Source of the DNA: Octopus vulgaris
Lineage: Eukaryota
Assembly (NCBI GenBank): GCA_951406725.2
Contig: OX597829.1
Coordinates: forward strand, 18,104,001 to 18,168,000
DNA length: 64,000 nucleotides
Direction of reading: 5' to 3'
Shown here: piece by piece, positions 1 to 13,622 of the stretch
How positions within the stretch are numbered: position 1 is the first letter of the stretch
Layout: every line of letters starts with the position of its first letter
Made by a program: the position numbers and the translations under genes
The notes under the pieces: model-generated
Database searches by the model: none
Seen by the model: the letters and a program-made list of their open reading frames with translations, nothing else
What the model was told of the DNA's origin: nothing

Positions 1-229
1 TATTGAATATAGAAACAGAAGTTAGACTATAGCACATACGCAGTAGTGGTTGTAAAGGCGTAAAATCAAAAGTAGCAAGTCTTACAAATGGAAACCGGAA
101 ATGAAAACATATATATATATGTGCACAGTAAAGCAGTGAGCCGGAAAACAGTGGTTTGCAAACATATTCATTGCAAAACCTACAATAAATTCCACATAAC
201 AATACATAAAGCAAGATATAAGTGACAAA

Positions 230-619
230 GGATATTTTTGGTTTGAACGGCAGTTTTTAAAATAATTTCTAGGTAACTAAAAAATTTTTAACTTTTTATA
301 CTGGTAGAATGTGTTTATAAAACATCTTTTTTCTCTTGGCTTTATTGAGAAAATTCTATAGTTTGTAAGATATTTGTGGTTTTTTATCTTCAATTTCTGC
401 AATTTCAACCAATCAGTGACGTCCATTGAGGTAAATAACATTCTGTGCCGTATGAATATGTCCCTCGTTTAAGAAACAGATTGGGTTTATTTACATTTGT
501 GAAGAAAAAAAGATACCCTTCCCCCATCCCTAACCTTAAAAGAGATTGAAATGCAATAGATCGATTCTAGGGTCATAATTACGGGTGACAAAAAACTGCC
601 GTTCAAACCGAAAAGATCC
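230..619 (+). mobile_element. Merlin-like MITE, copy 1
   Basis: TIR GGAT(C)TTTT(C)GGTTTGAACGGCAGTTTTT at both ends; 8-bp TSD GTGACAAA (222-229, 620-627); no ORF; homologous to three other copies in the window. GG termini with an 8-bp TSD fit Merlin. Confidence 0.8.
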
Positions 620-1089
620 GTGACAAAAACTTAAATTGGAATGAGGAACAATATAAAAGTTATATATTCACTTTTTTGCTGTGAAATTGCAGGGTCGTTA
701 GAGCACTGGATATAAGGCTTTCTTCTTTCTGCTCCGATTCTCTGAGATCTGTGATCAAATCTCATCATAGTTTAAAAGAAAGGTCGCTTTAATCCGTTTC
801 CTACCACGCTGCTTTCAGTGGAGACTACTTTACCGCAAACATTTAGGGGCATAATTTCCGGTGATATTCCTTTATTCTTTTAAATAAATATATCTTTAAT
901 AAATTTGTTTATTCCTTTTCCCGAATGTTTGAGTAATTTTTCTGTTGTGTTTTGCTTTATTTTTTTTTTGTTTCACCTCGTTATAAATATCAGAATTTCT
1001 TCTTAAACATGTTTCATTCGAACTCAAATGAGGTAAGTTAAGTATTCTAAACAGTTGTGTTCCTGAAAGGTTATACTTTTCAACAAGTG

Positions 1090-1234
1090 CAGTAAGAAAC
1101 ATGCTTTCCCGCCACAGAGTTCCGAGTTTAGTTCCACTTTAATTGTACATGAGGCAAATGTCTTCTCGTTTAGCCTAGGGACGACCAAAGCTTTGTGAAT
1201 GGATTTGGTAGATGGAAACTGAAAGAAACCTGTC

Positions 1235-1237
<3 letters not shown>
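1090..1237 (+). mobile_element. SINE family A, degenerate 5' part
   Basis: Contains GACCAAAGCTTTGTGAATGGATTTGGTAGATGGAAACTGAAAGAA, shared with full family A copies, followed by (TG)n. Confidence 0.7.
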
Positions 1238-1279
<42 letters not shown>

Positions 1280-1920
1280 ACCCTCACTTTCCTTTTTAAG
1301 TGAAACTTGAAAAAGTCGATTTTGGCTCTACCGAAGAGGAACGTCTGCTTCATTCTTTTCACCCTCGTCCACCAGACCTCTTTTTTGCTACAGCCTTGGA
1401 GCAAAACAAAACTGCTTTGCCTGCCCAGTTGATGGAGGACGGCAAGGAAATCCTCACTCGATCAACAGACGAAATCGTCCCACGCGCGATAGGAGCTGTT
1501 CAACATAGCTCCACAAGTCAGCAATGGCCAGACTCTGAACGAGTGTATGCATAACGCTTTCGTCGCTATGTTCGCACCTCACACAAACACATCTGACAGC
1601 ACATCCGTATCTGTAGAGTTTATCTCGAACCAGTAGCACCCCTACCCCGGTAGAGCCCCACCCGCCCGTTAGAGCCCCACTCTCCCTTCAGCGCCCCGGT
1701 AGTGCCCACGGTAGCACTGCCAAACCAAAAAACATCTGGAAATTATCCATAGTAGTATCCGATCGAAATGTCTCCCGGAACAGACAAGCCAGTCTGTTTT
1801 CGTTGATACCTAAGATTTCCCCGAGGATGTTGTCGCATTTCCTCGCCACTAATCCTCTACATATAGCGAAAGTGGAATATCCACCGATCCTATTACCCGA
1901 CTGAGCGCCTGGCGACATGA
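1280..1920 (-). mobile_element. Tx1/L1-clade LINE ORF2 C-terminal fragment
   Basis: Minus-strand peptides STFAICRGLV...LFRETF...MDNF and VRDKLYRYG..C..C..SDESVMH are homologous to the Tx1 fragment at 39336-40380 (zf-RVT-like region). Confidence 0.7.
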
Positions 1921-2184
1921 GTAGGACGACAGGAGTAGGAAATTTATGTTCCCGTCCTTGCGAGAAACACATTTGTATGCAATTTTTTTGTCGTTCGGTT
2001 TCTCTTCTCTCCTCATTGAGGCACATCACACCTGGTTTCGAAATGTCATATTATATTGAAGTGCTTTACTTTCCAAATCATGAACCGAATGGGCTAACTG
2101 CCCTCGAAAAAAATATAGCGTTGTTGTGATTCCTTTTGTTATTGTTGTTGTTGTTGCTGTTGCTGGTTTGTTGTTTGTTTATTT

Positions 2185-2550
2185 GTTGAGCGAAGCGGTC
2201 TTCGTCCCATTAGTGGGAGAAGTCCGAAACGTGGTCCTTTGCTATTCGTAAGAGCCGTAGAAGAGAAAGCAGGTCAACCCCCGACACCGAGAGAATCGAC
2301 GGATGGATGAATGCGCATCCAGGCTCAGCGGTTGCGTAGGAAGTCGGGGACATGAAACAGGAAGAAAGAGTGAGAGAGAAAATTGGAGCGAAAGAGTACA
2401 ACAAGGGTCGCCACCACCCCCTGCCGGAGCCTCGTAGAGCTTTAGGTGTTTTTGCTCAATAAACACACACAATGCCCGGTCTGGGAATCGAAACCGCGAT
2501 CCTCCGACCGCGAGTCCGCTGCCGTAACCATTGGTCCATTGCGCCTCCAC
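2185..2550 (-). mobile_element. tRNA-derived SINE family B (octopus OR-type)
   Basis: Minus-strand head GTGGAGGCGCAATGG...GGTTTCGATTCCC with A/B boxes; (CAA)n-like tail; near-identical copies at 10640 and 59701. Confidence 0.85.
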
Positions 2551-2909
2551 TGCTGTTGCTGTACACATTGTCGCTACTACTACTGTTGTTGTTGTTGATG
2601 TTTTCGCTGTCGTTGTTGCTGCTAGTACCGTTACACTTGTTACTACCGTCATAGCAACAAGACGAAATTCTATTTCTCTTTGACGATAAATCTATTTTAA
2701 CTCCAGCCGCTGCAGCGTTCGCTGTTAAAACTGTGTCAAAAGAACGCTGCTCCCCGTCAATTATTATTATTTAGTTGTATTCCGATATTTTTTTTTAAAT
2801 TGGAAAAAATATGTGAATACTTGACTGAATGGGCTGCAACCCACCGCAACACTTGATTAAACACAAGTTACGGAGCTCCAGCTTAGTACGTCTTCCCAGT
2901 ATGGCGACC

Positions 2910-2943
<34 letters not shown>

Positions 2944-3168
2944 GTAATAATAATAATAATAAAACATCTAAGAAATTTCAAGTGATAAGAATCTCAAGCG
3001 AACTACGACTAAAATAAGTAACATATATAAATTCTATAATTGAACTAGGTAACTTTGCACTGCGTCCGGTGATTTAAATATATCAATATATCTACACCTA
3101 AATGTGTGTGCATGTGTGTGCGTGTGTGAATGAGTAAATGTCTTGTGTCAATCTATATAGGGAGCTTA

Positions 3169-3343
3169 GGCGCAGGAGTGGCTTTGCGGTAAGTAGCTTG
3201 CTTACCAACCATATGGTTCCGGGTTCAGTCCCACCGCGTGGCACCTTGGGCAAGTGTCTTCTACTATAGCGTCGGGCCGACCAAAGCCTTGTGAGTGGAT
3301 TTGGTAGACGGAAACTGAAAGAAGCCCGTCGTATATATGTATT

Positions 3344-3374
<31 letters not shown>

Positions 3375-3580
3375 ATGTTTGTGTGTCTGTGTTTGTACCC
3401 CCATCATCGCTTAACAACCGATGCTGGTGTGTTTACGTCCCCGTAACTTGGCAGTTCGGCAAGGGAGACCGATAGAGTGAGTACAAGGCTTACAAAGAAT
3501 AAGTCCTGGGGTCGATTTGCTCGAGTAAAGGCGGTGCTCCAGCATGGCCACAGTCAAATGACTGAAACAAGTAAAAGAGT
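3169..3580 (+). mobile_element. tRNA-derived SINE family A, full length
   Basis: Head GGCGCAGGAGTGGC..GGTAAG..GGTTCAGTCCC, central (TA)n(TG)n, tail GACTGAAACAAGTAAAAGAG; more than 10 copies in the window. Confidence 0.9.
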
Positions 3581-3926
3581 AATCTGCATTGCTTTTACTT
3601 CTGAGAATTATGCATCCGAGCAATTAGATGTCAGAAAGTGCGTCCGTGAAACTTGAAGTAATGCAACACTACGTCTGGAGGGCAAGTCTAACTAGGTATG
3701 AATGTGTGCATACGTTTGTGTGTGCATGTGTGAGTGTATGCGCGCGCGCGTACGTGTGTAAATCGATACTAATCTGCATACATAAGCCATCATCGTGCAG
3801 TATGAAGATGGCTAAACAGACTCGAGCGTCGAGGTCACTGCCAACACTGTTCTTGTAAAAGAATAACGTGTATTCTACAAAAGTTTAAAGTAAAATTTAT
3901 AACTTGGTATAAAAGTATTTATATAC

Positions 3927-3983
<57 letters not shown>

Positions 3984-4016
3984 CACTCTTCATAACGAAA
4001 TTTTTATTAGAATATA

Positions 4017-4571
4017 TTGAGTTGTCCGGAAAGTTCGTGCCGATTTATAGTAGCTTACCTTTCGGCTTATTTTAGAACATGGTTGAGTTCATAAAATAGT
4101 ATTTGACTACACCTCCATTTAGAGCACAGTTAAAGCTATCTTTTCGTGGAAGAAGGTTTATGTTCCTATAACCTGTGTTAATTCTGTAACCCTTTAAAAT
4201 GGAAGATAAGAAAGTTCATTTTCGGCACTTGATGCTTTGGGAACCAGACAAAAATTACTGCAGCTCGGCTGGGATGTATTGCCCCACCCTCCATATTCAC
4301 CAGATATTGCTCCTTCGGATTTCCACTTATTCAGGTCTCTGCAGAATAGTCTTAATCGTAAAAATTTCAAATCCTTGGATGACGTAAAAAGATACCTTGA
4401 TGAATTCTTTGCCATGAAACCACCTCAATTCTGGAAAGACGGTATTTTCAAGTTAAAGCAAAGATGGAGACACATTGTGCAACAAAATGGTTCATATTTG
4501 GTTGATTAAAAAGTATTAATTGACATTTTTCTTTCCTTTAAAATCCGGCACGAACTTTCCGCACAACCCAA
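4017..4571 (+). mobile_element. Internally deleted mariner element
   Basis: ~30-bp TIRs (TTGAGTTGTCCGGAAAGTTCGTGCCG / CGGCACGAACTTTCCGCACAACCCAA) and TA TSD. Transposase N-terminus MEDKKVHFRH is joined to a C-terminus with the HPPYSPDIAPSDFHLF motif. Confidence 0.93.
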
Positions 4572-4899
4572 TAGTAAACCAATTATGGTGAACCATTACG
4601 AAAGCAAGTTACTTCTTTAAGATCAGTGAGTAGATTTGAATTTTTTGAATAGTTCTCTCCATACTCTCTCCCATATACAATGGATATAAAAAACAAACAC
4701 CTGCCACGCTGGATTTCTAAACTATTTCACATTTTATGCGTTTGTTTATAAATTTATCCATTGATGTATTGAGTTAACAGGTATATCAAAAATATGACAA
4801 ACGTTAGACACGAAGTGACATATACGTGTGTGTTGGCGGTGTGTGTGAGAGGTGGAGGTTAGTGTAAACTTGTATGTCTGTGAGCACGCATCTCTATTC

Positions 4900-4991
<92 letters not shown>

Positions 4992-5284
4992 AGAAAGAAA
5001 GAAGAAAGAGATAGAGGGAGATAGAGATTAATTGATTGATTGAAAAATACCAAATATATAAAAGAGAATGTATATTTTCATGTTTACACTTGCGAATGCG
5101 TATATATATTGATAAATTCATATATAGTTTAGATGTGTCTATATATGAATGCTTAAAAAAATGTATAAATATAATTATGTATATTTATATGTATATATAT
5201 ATATGTATATTTATATCTATATATATATATGTATGTATGTTTATATGTATATATATATCTATATATATATATATGTATGTATGA

Positions 5285-5322
<38 letters not shown>

Positions 5323-5394
5323 TTATATGTGTATATATATATATTTATATGTATATGTACTTATATATGCATACATACATATGCTTATATATAC

Positions 5395-5437
<43 letters not shown>

Positions 5438-5940
5438 GTGTATGCATACTCGTGTGTGTGCGTGTGTGTATATATATGTATGTATACAAATATATGCATA
5501 TATATTTGTATATATACATACATACATATATTATATGCATACATACATTATATATATATATGAGTACAAAGTTATATGCGCGGGCGTATATGTACACACG
5601 CGCACAAGTGAGAGTGTATTCATATAATCACGTATGCATTGCTTTATACACTCACAACACAAACTTATAGACAGACATGGAAGCATAATTTTGTTCTTTT
5701 CTAACGTGTGATTCTTTTGTCTGCTGCAATATTTTCTGCCAAAACTGAAGAGTGGGGGGGAAAAAAAAAACATTAAAGAAATAATGTAAAAAGTAAATAA
5801 CAACGAAAAACAACAAAAGACTGTCTTCCTGTGTAAATGCTCTTTTCGACTTCCTTTGTTATGCACATAAAATTTGCACAGCCACAATTTACCTGCACCG
5901 ATATATGAATGTTCATGTGTGGGCGTGCACACGTTTTGTT

Positions 5941-5979
<39 letters not shown>

Positions 5980-5983
<4 letters not shown>

Positions 5984-7080
5984 AACAATGTTAGAGGGAA
6001 AAAAATTCTCTAAGTAGTGGAAGAGGCTAAAAAACTTTATTGGCTGCTATTTCTAGAAAGTTTAGTATGTGGCAAAGTAATTTATTTTATTTTCCTAAGC
6101 CCTAATTATATAATATTTTATACATACATACACATACATAAGCACATACATTTACACATACATATGCATATACATATATACACATATACATACAAACACA
6201 TATACACATATACACACACACACACATACAAGCACATACATATATATATACATATATATACACATATATATACACATATATATATATATATATATACATG
6301 CAAACATATATACATATATATTTTTTTACATGCATACATACACACACACACACATAATACATGCGTATATTCCTACTGTACCCATGCATTTCTATACATA
6401 TATACATACATACATACGATACACATATACAAGCGTGCACATATAATATGTGAAAGGTCTTAGGAGAAAAGGTAATCGGGGGTGCTAGGGGAACAGTGGG
6501 GTTGGGGGGGGGGTTTGTAGGGGGGGGGTTGTCATCAATCAGGACCCCACTGTTCCCCTAGCACCCCCGATTACCTTTTCTCCTAAGACCTTTCACATAT
6601 TATATGTGCACGCTTGTATATGTGTATCGTATGTATGTATGTATATATGTATAGAAATGCATGGGTACAGTAGGAATATACGCATGTATTATGTGTGTGT
6701 GTGTGTATGTATGCATGTAAAAATATATATGTATATATGTTTGCATGTATATATATATATATATATATGTGTATATATATGTGTATATATATGTATATAT
6801 ATATGTATGTGCTTGTATGTGTGTGTGTGTGTATATGTGTATATGTGTTTGTATGTATATGTGTATATATGTATATGCATATGTATGTGTAAATGTATGT
6901 GCTTATGTATGTGTATGTATGTATAAAATATTATATAATTAGGGCTTAGGAAAATAAAAAAAAAAAAAAAAAAAATAAATTAATTTGCCACATACTAAAC
7001 TTTCTAGAAATAGCAGCCAATAAAGTTTTTTAGCCTCTTCCACTACTTAGAGAATTTTTTTCCCTCTAACATTGTTTACT
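5980..7080. repeat. Near-perfect long inverted repeat (arms 5980-6502 and 6544-7080)
   Basis: The right arm is the reverse complement of the left, including internal microsatellite variants; ~41-nt G-rich spacer. Confidence 0.95.
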
Positions 7081-7120
7081 CAAAATAATAATGGTCCCTT
7101 TACATACTGAACACTTGATG

Positions 7121-7155
<35 letters not shown>

Positions 7156-7441
7156 CACTTATAATTTTTACTTTATAAGGACACAATGTAAGATATGAAC
7201 ACTCATGCACAGAAGCGAATCCACGTAACCTTATACTTACATACAAGGTACACACATATATAGGTATGTATCTATGTATTATATATATATACACACACAC
7301 ACACATATGGTGGGTGGATGTGTAGGTGTGCATACGTGTGTGTGTGGGTGTAATTTCATCAACAGTCTTCTCTTACTGATTAGTCTTCCTCTCTCCATTT
7401 TTCATTTCATACATACATACATACATACATACATACATACA

Positions 7442-7599
<158 letters not shown>

Positions 7600-7879
7600 A
7601 CTTGGAAATGGATGCGTGGCGTTGAATTATATAATAATATAAATAATATATATATATAAAAATTATTTTATAAATCCTCGCTGTCTATTTTCCTCGCTTA
7701 CAACCTTGTGTAGTGGAGTAATACTCTAAGTGGTTCATGGACTTCTTCGGGTCTATTTCTAGCAGACTGGTGTAATTATTCAACACCCTTATTATAATTT
7801 TGATATAAATTAACCATTATAGTATTTTTAGTATGCTGGCCAAATAATGATTTTATCCTAATTATACATATATATGTAT

Positions 7880-8169
7880 ATACTATTATTCATATACTTT
7901 CTAAACTTTCCTATACTTTCTGTTACTTTGTTATCTCCTCTACTTCTTAGCTCTCTCGTGTGACCCTTCTGTCCGGCATTCGCTATGATAGATCGGTAGC
8001 TACTACACACATTCTTTTCTCTCCTTGTTTCTTTCTGTGTCCCTTTCTGTAGAAGAGCGTAGGCTCGAAACGTTAAAGACTTTTTCAATTCCCGTGCGTT
8101 ATACTAATACATCTCTTTGTTTTCTACACCACCTGTCTTCGTGTTTTGTTTTGTTTTTTCGTGAATTCT

Positions 8170-8171
<2 letters not shown>
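7880..8171 (+). mobile_element. PLE pseudo-LTR 3' end fragment
   Basis: Homologous to the terminal ~150 bp of the PLE at 28117-33663; ends at (TA)n. Confidence 0.75.
8043..8078 (+). ncRNA. Minimal type I hammerhead-like motif (PLE type)
   Basis: CTTT-CTGTAGA-A-GAGC(GTAG)GCTC-GAAA-CG-TT-AAAG. Confidence 0.65.
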
Positions 8172-8221
<50 letters not shown>

Positions 8222-8836
8222 GTACATGACGTCACCTATAATAAACAACATGAAATACGAAAACAAATGAGTTAAATACGCAAATGACGAGAGAGAAAAA
8301 GGACAAGTAATACAAAGAATGGCCCTTCAACAGTTGTCGACTGTCTATCTACTCCTCATTTCGAGCAATCAACGACAATATGAGTCATCGAAGACAGTCG
8401 CTTCCATAAATGCCAAAATAAAATTTTGGATTTATGGTGGGTCAAAGTTAGGAACCAAAACAGGACAGGGGAGACATACAGGGAAACTGAACAAAAACAA
8501 TTATGGAGTGTTGTTAGACCTGAACGACGGAAAATAGTGAATGCTGAGAGAAATGTTTTCATTGAAAAGAGAAAAGATAGAAGAGAGAGATAGGCGACGT
8601 CCAGGCCTTAAAATGTCCGTGCAGGAAAGAAAGATGGACGATGGCCACGTTTGAGGAACGAGCGAGAGAAAAAAAGAGGGGAGAGAGAGACCGTTTTCTA
8701 TCTGCCTTCCTCTGTGTGTGTGTGTATATATAGGGAATAAATGACAGAGTAATAAATATTGCTGCGTGGAAGGCTTTTGTAAGCCATTTAAGAAACACAC
8801 AAAAACCGTTAGATTCACTTCAACATTTAAATTTAA

Positions 8837-8887
8837 TTTGTCAAAATATTTTCGTCGCTTTGAGACCGCGACCTGTTCACTGACAAA
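8837..8887 (-). ncRNA. Divergent hammerhead-shaped motif
   Basis: Minus strand TTTGTCA-GTGAACAG-GTCGC(GGTCTCAAA)GCGAC-GAAA-ATAT-TT-TGACAAA: perfect stems I and II, non-canonical core. Confidence 0.4.
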
Positions 8888-9292
8888 ACTTCGTGCTGCA
8901 TATAAATATTGTTTTTCGGAAATTAGTAGTCATTTTACCATTTTGTACAAGTATCAAATTTGATAAAAGTTAAATCATAATCGTTGTAAGTATGTCTTAT
9001 TTCTTTATTTTAACCATGGTGGCAAAAGTTTCCCGTCATATGATGGGTATTATTCTAATATACTTTATATTGAATACGATGTACTGTACGCGGTTGGGAT
9101 TTCGGGGATAATGTAGAAAATGACAAACGGTAGAATGTTAGTCAAAAACACATTAAGATTCTTATGCATGTCATATTTTTTTTATATTAACCATGGTGAC
9201 AATCGTATACGCCTAAAACCGCGCATCATTTTATATTGAAAACACTGTAGTGTACAAGTGCCAGGATTTGGGAGGCAATGTAGAAAAAGAGG

Positions 9293-9755
9293 ACAGGAGA
9301 GGCTGTGTGGTAAGAAGCGGTTTAGCAAAAAGAGACCGACAGAATAAGTACTAGGCTTACAAAGAATAAGTCCTGGGGTTGTTTTATTCGACAGAAACGT
9401 TAAGCGCGCCGGGCTAAATGCTTAGCGGTATTTCGTCTGCCGCTACGTTCTGAGTTCAAATTCCGCCGAGGTCGACTTTGCCTTTCATCCTTTCGGGGTC
9501 GATTAAATAAGTACCAGTTACTCACTGGGGTCGATATAATCGACTTAATCCCTTTGTCTGTCCTTGTTTGTCCCTTCTGTGTTTAGCCCCTTGTGAGCAG
9601 TAAGGAAAAAAGAACCGGTTTCGCAAAAGAGACCGATAGAATAAGTACTAGGCTTACAAAGAATAAGTCCTGGGGTCGATTTGTTCGACTAAAGGCGGCG
9701 CTCCAGCATGACCACAGTCAAAGTGACTAAAACAAGTAAAAGAATAAAAGAATAA
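9293..9755 (+). mobile_element. Nested SINEs: family C (~9393-9610) within rearranged family A
   Basis: Family A segments flank a family C body (GAGTTCAAATTCCGCCGAGGTCGACTTTGCCTTTCATCCTTTCGGGGTCG). Confidence 0.75.
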
Positions 9756-10176
9756 AAAAATATTGTACGAGAGCCTGGATTTAGTAGGCGATGTAGAAAA
9801 AGATGACAAACGGTAAAAAAATTGGTGAAGTCCACAATAAGAGTTCATAACAGTATGAAACAGAAACGCTATGACGACGTTAAATGTTTTTCAGCATGAA
9901 GAACTCAAAAAATGTGCACGGGGTTGTTTGAGTGCACCTGATTTCCATACAATCACTAGCAGGCCATGAGTGGTGGGGAATATCCTGACCTGACCTATAT
10001 GGTAGGTTCTCACCCGTGCATAGATGGTTTACTCAAGTTGCGTTTCCTGTGTTTTATTCAAATTATATCCTGTCTTAAACTCTTGAGTTTCATATCTTTT
10101 TTTTTAGTCCTATGTCATCGACTAACACGCTCCTCCAAAATTCCAGGCTTTCAACCTACAATAGAAAGTATCATGA

Positions 10177-10240
<64 letters not shown>

Positions 10241-10417
10241 CATCATCATCATCATCATCATCATTGTAAGAAGGTGGTTTGACAGAAACGTTAGAGAGTC
10301 GGACAAAAGGTTTTGCGGCGAAGTTCAAAGCCTAAGGCTGGAGCCAATGGTATCGACTATTCTGCCTACTCCTCTAAAAGTTGTTGCCCCACCTATATCA
10401 AAACCAGTAATTATTAC

Positions 10418-10590
10418 TGGCGAGCTAATAGAATCGTTAGCACACTGGTCGAAACGCTTAGTTGCAAATCGTCAGTCTTTATGTTCTGAGTTCAAATTCC
10501 ACCCAAGTCGATTTTTGCCTTTCACCCTTTCGGAGTCGATAAAATAAGTACCAGTCAAGCAATGGGGTGAATGTAGTCGACTGTCTCCTC
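10418..10590 (+). mobile_element. SINE family C, degenerate
   Basis: Contains GAGTTCAAATTCC...GCCTTTCACCCTTTCGGAGTCGATAAAATAAGTACCAG. Confidence 0.7.
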
Positions 10591-10639
10591 TCTACAAATC
10601 TCTAATGATTATTGTTGTTGCTTCTTCTCTGTTTGTTTG

Positions 10640-11000
10640 TTGAGCGAAGCAGTCTTCGTCCCAGAGTGGGAGAAGTCCGAAACGTGGTCCTTTGCTATTC
10701 GTAAGACCCGCGGCAGAGAAAGCAGGTCAACCCCCGACACCGAGAGCATCGACGGATGGATAAATGCGCATCCAGGCTCAGCGGTTGCGTAGGAAGTCAG
10801 GGACAAGAAACAAGAAGAAAGAGTGAGAGAAAGTTGGAGCGAAAGAGTACAACAGGGGTCGCCACCACCCCTGCCGGAGCCTCGTGGAGTTTTAGGTGTT
10901 TTCGCTCAATAAACACACACAACGCCCGGTCTGGGAATCGAAACCGTGATCCTCCGACCGCGAGTCCGCTGCCCTAACCATTGGGCCATTGCGCCTCCAC
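10640..11000 (-). mobile_element. SINE family B
   Basis: Near-identical to 2185-2550. Confidence 0.85.
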
Positions 11001-11519
11001 AGCAGCTGCTGCTGCTGTTATTCCTCGTCGTCATCATCTTCATCATTACACACGCATACACTCAGTAAGCGTAAATGTATTCTTTATGATAACCATTTTG
11101 GTGAAGAAGTAGTTTCATCTGCTTTAACTAAGATTCGCAACATACGAAATACTTTACAGCACATTTAGACAAATGAAGACTTTATTACAACATTATGTTA
11201 GAAAATCAAGTTGAACTACAGTCATCACATAGAAAGTAGGTAATCTCCTCCTGCATTGTCAAATACAACGAGGCCTTCTTTGAGGCCTCTACAGAACAGC
11301 GTGATAGGACACATTCTTCATCGATTGCGACAGGATATTTTCTACACCGAGCGAGGATTGATATAAGGCATCGTAAGTAGTGTTTCTAAATCTACAAGGG
11401 CGTCATATGCCTGAGTTTTGACTAATTCCACAGTATTTGGAATGAGGAAACTCAACGGTCACCGTAAAAGGGTTCCGTGACGAAACATTCACAGTACTCA
11501 AGTTAAAAAAGCAGCTATA

Positions 11520-11660
11520 TATTTCTTTATTGCCCACAAGGGGCTAAACAAAGACAGACAAAGGGATTAAGTCGATTACATCGACCCCAGTGCGTAACTG
11601 GTACTTTATTTATCGACCCCGAAAGGATCAAAGGCAAAGTCGACCTCGGCGGAATTTGTA
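11520..11660 (-). mobile_element. SINE family C, 5'-truncated
   Basis: 3' half of family C with the TTAGCCCCTTGTGGGCAATAAAGAAAT tail. Confidence 0.8.
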
Positions 11661-13499
11661 CTAGGACACTAGTATATAGCAGCTACTAGTATGCTTAGCT
11701 TTGTGGAACAGTGTTCGGGATAAATAGAAAGGAGCTCCGCCTGGAACCTCTTTGGTCATAGACCTTCTTAATCAGGGGTAATCTAGAGCTAAAAGTCAAC
11801 AATACAAACTGTACACACACACATTCAACACACATACACACACACATATTAAAGAAATATTTACGTGCAATATGTCAATAAACTACCAATGCGAATGTAG
11901 TAAAATTGTGGCGTGTGAGTATTAACAAATTGTGTGTCACAAAAAAAACGTCAAATCGATTAATGAATGCGATTATGAAAAAGAAAATAAACAATTCGGT
12001 CACTACCACAAAAACGTTGATAAAACGTGGGAAAATATCGTTTGAAAGAGACGCTATGACTTAAGACTCACATATATTCGTGTAAAGCTCATTGGCTGAT
12101 TGGTCGATTCATTCATTGATTCACTCAACATTCAACATTCATTCAGTTATTTCATTTTCCTTTTTTTCTTTTTTCTCTTTTTTTTCTCAGACATATTTTG
12201 CTCCTTCATTGAATATTATTTCAAAATGTTTGAAAAAAAAATAAATAAATAAAATAAACAACAACAGGAGCGAGCGAGCCATGTTGCGTCCTGACATAAC
12301 AAAAGCCATTCATTGGTCTTTAGCAGGTCTCTAAATGTACAAACAACGAGCGTGTTTCTTGCATTGTTCCTAATAATATGTGCAAACGTCGACAGCACAA
12401 GACCGCAAAGATCAACTTGAATTACAAGATGAATTATATAAACTGACTGACATATTTCCAACGGCCAATATAGAACTTATAACTTATAAAATTCTTACAG
12501 TTCACCTCCTCCTTCTTTTTCTTCTTCACGTATTGTTATGGAATAAAGGAAACAAAAATCACAAAACTATAATTCATAATAAAGAAAGCCAAGTTATCTT
12601 TATGTAAGTAAAAAAAAAGTCAACTTGATCGAGCTCATGGAATTTTAAAACACCTTTATAAAGCATTTTTTCAACTATTATGAGTTTTCTTAAACTCATA
12701 TCCGGTCCATCACCTATTCGTGTTATATACATATATGTCTCTGTGTGTACATATATAAATACATATGTACGTTATAAACATATGTAGTGTGTGTACTAGA
12801 TATGTATGTATGTGTGTATATATATACATATATGGAAACAAAGAAAAATGTAGAATAAATTAATATATTTGTATGTTACAAAAAGATGACATTTAAAAAA
12901 AATACATTGCAAATAAACTGTGTGGAAGTTTAAAAGCTCAAGAAAAATAAATTAAGATAAAAAAAAGAAAGAAGAGCCTACATATATGTTTTAGTTCTAT
13001 TATGTAGTTGATGGGAATTTCCAAGCATTTTTTCTAATGCCAAGAAAGTTATCACATTCTAACTATATTATGGACTTCGTCAGGGTTCGAACATAGCTCA
13101 TGCAACTTAAATAATCATTTTATGTAGGTATGTACATATATGTATGTATATGTGCATATATATATATATGTGTGTGTGTGTGTGTAATTGGAGAAATCGG
13201 AGTCAGGAGGGAGTACGGTTGGACAGTTATTTTTTAATCACTACTATTGTTTCCACACAACCGTACTTCTTGTTGACTTGAATTTCTCCAGTTCTATATA
13301 CTCACACACGACGAATACCCAAACGTAAACCTGGAAGTATATAATAATACGAACCAAACCATTTTCGTAATATCATTTATTTCAGTACGTTATCTTTTAT
13401 CGTACGACATTGCTTATACACACCGGATTATACGAGTGACTACATATAACCATGTGTGTATTTATGTATGCACACACACACACACACACATATATATAT

Positions 13500-13575
<76 letters not shown>

Positions 13576-13622
13576 GCATACACACACATATGTCTATATA
13601 TATTGTAAGTGTGTGTATGTGT

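Noticed and set aside
2219-2240. GTCCGAAACGTGG in SINE B as a hammerhead half
   Set aside because: No CUGANGA-like box or supporting stems; antisense to the SINE.
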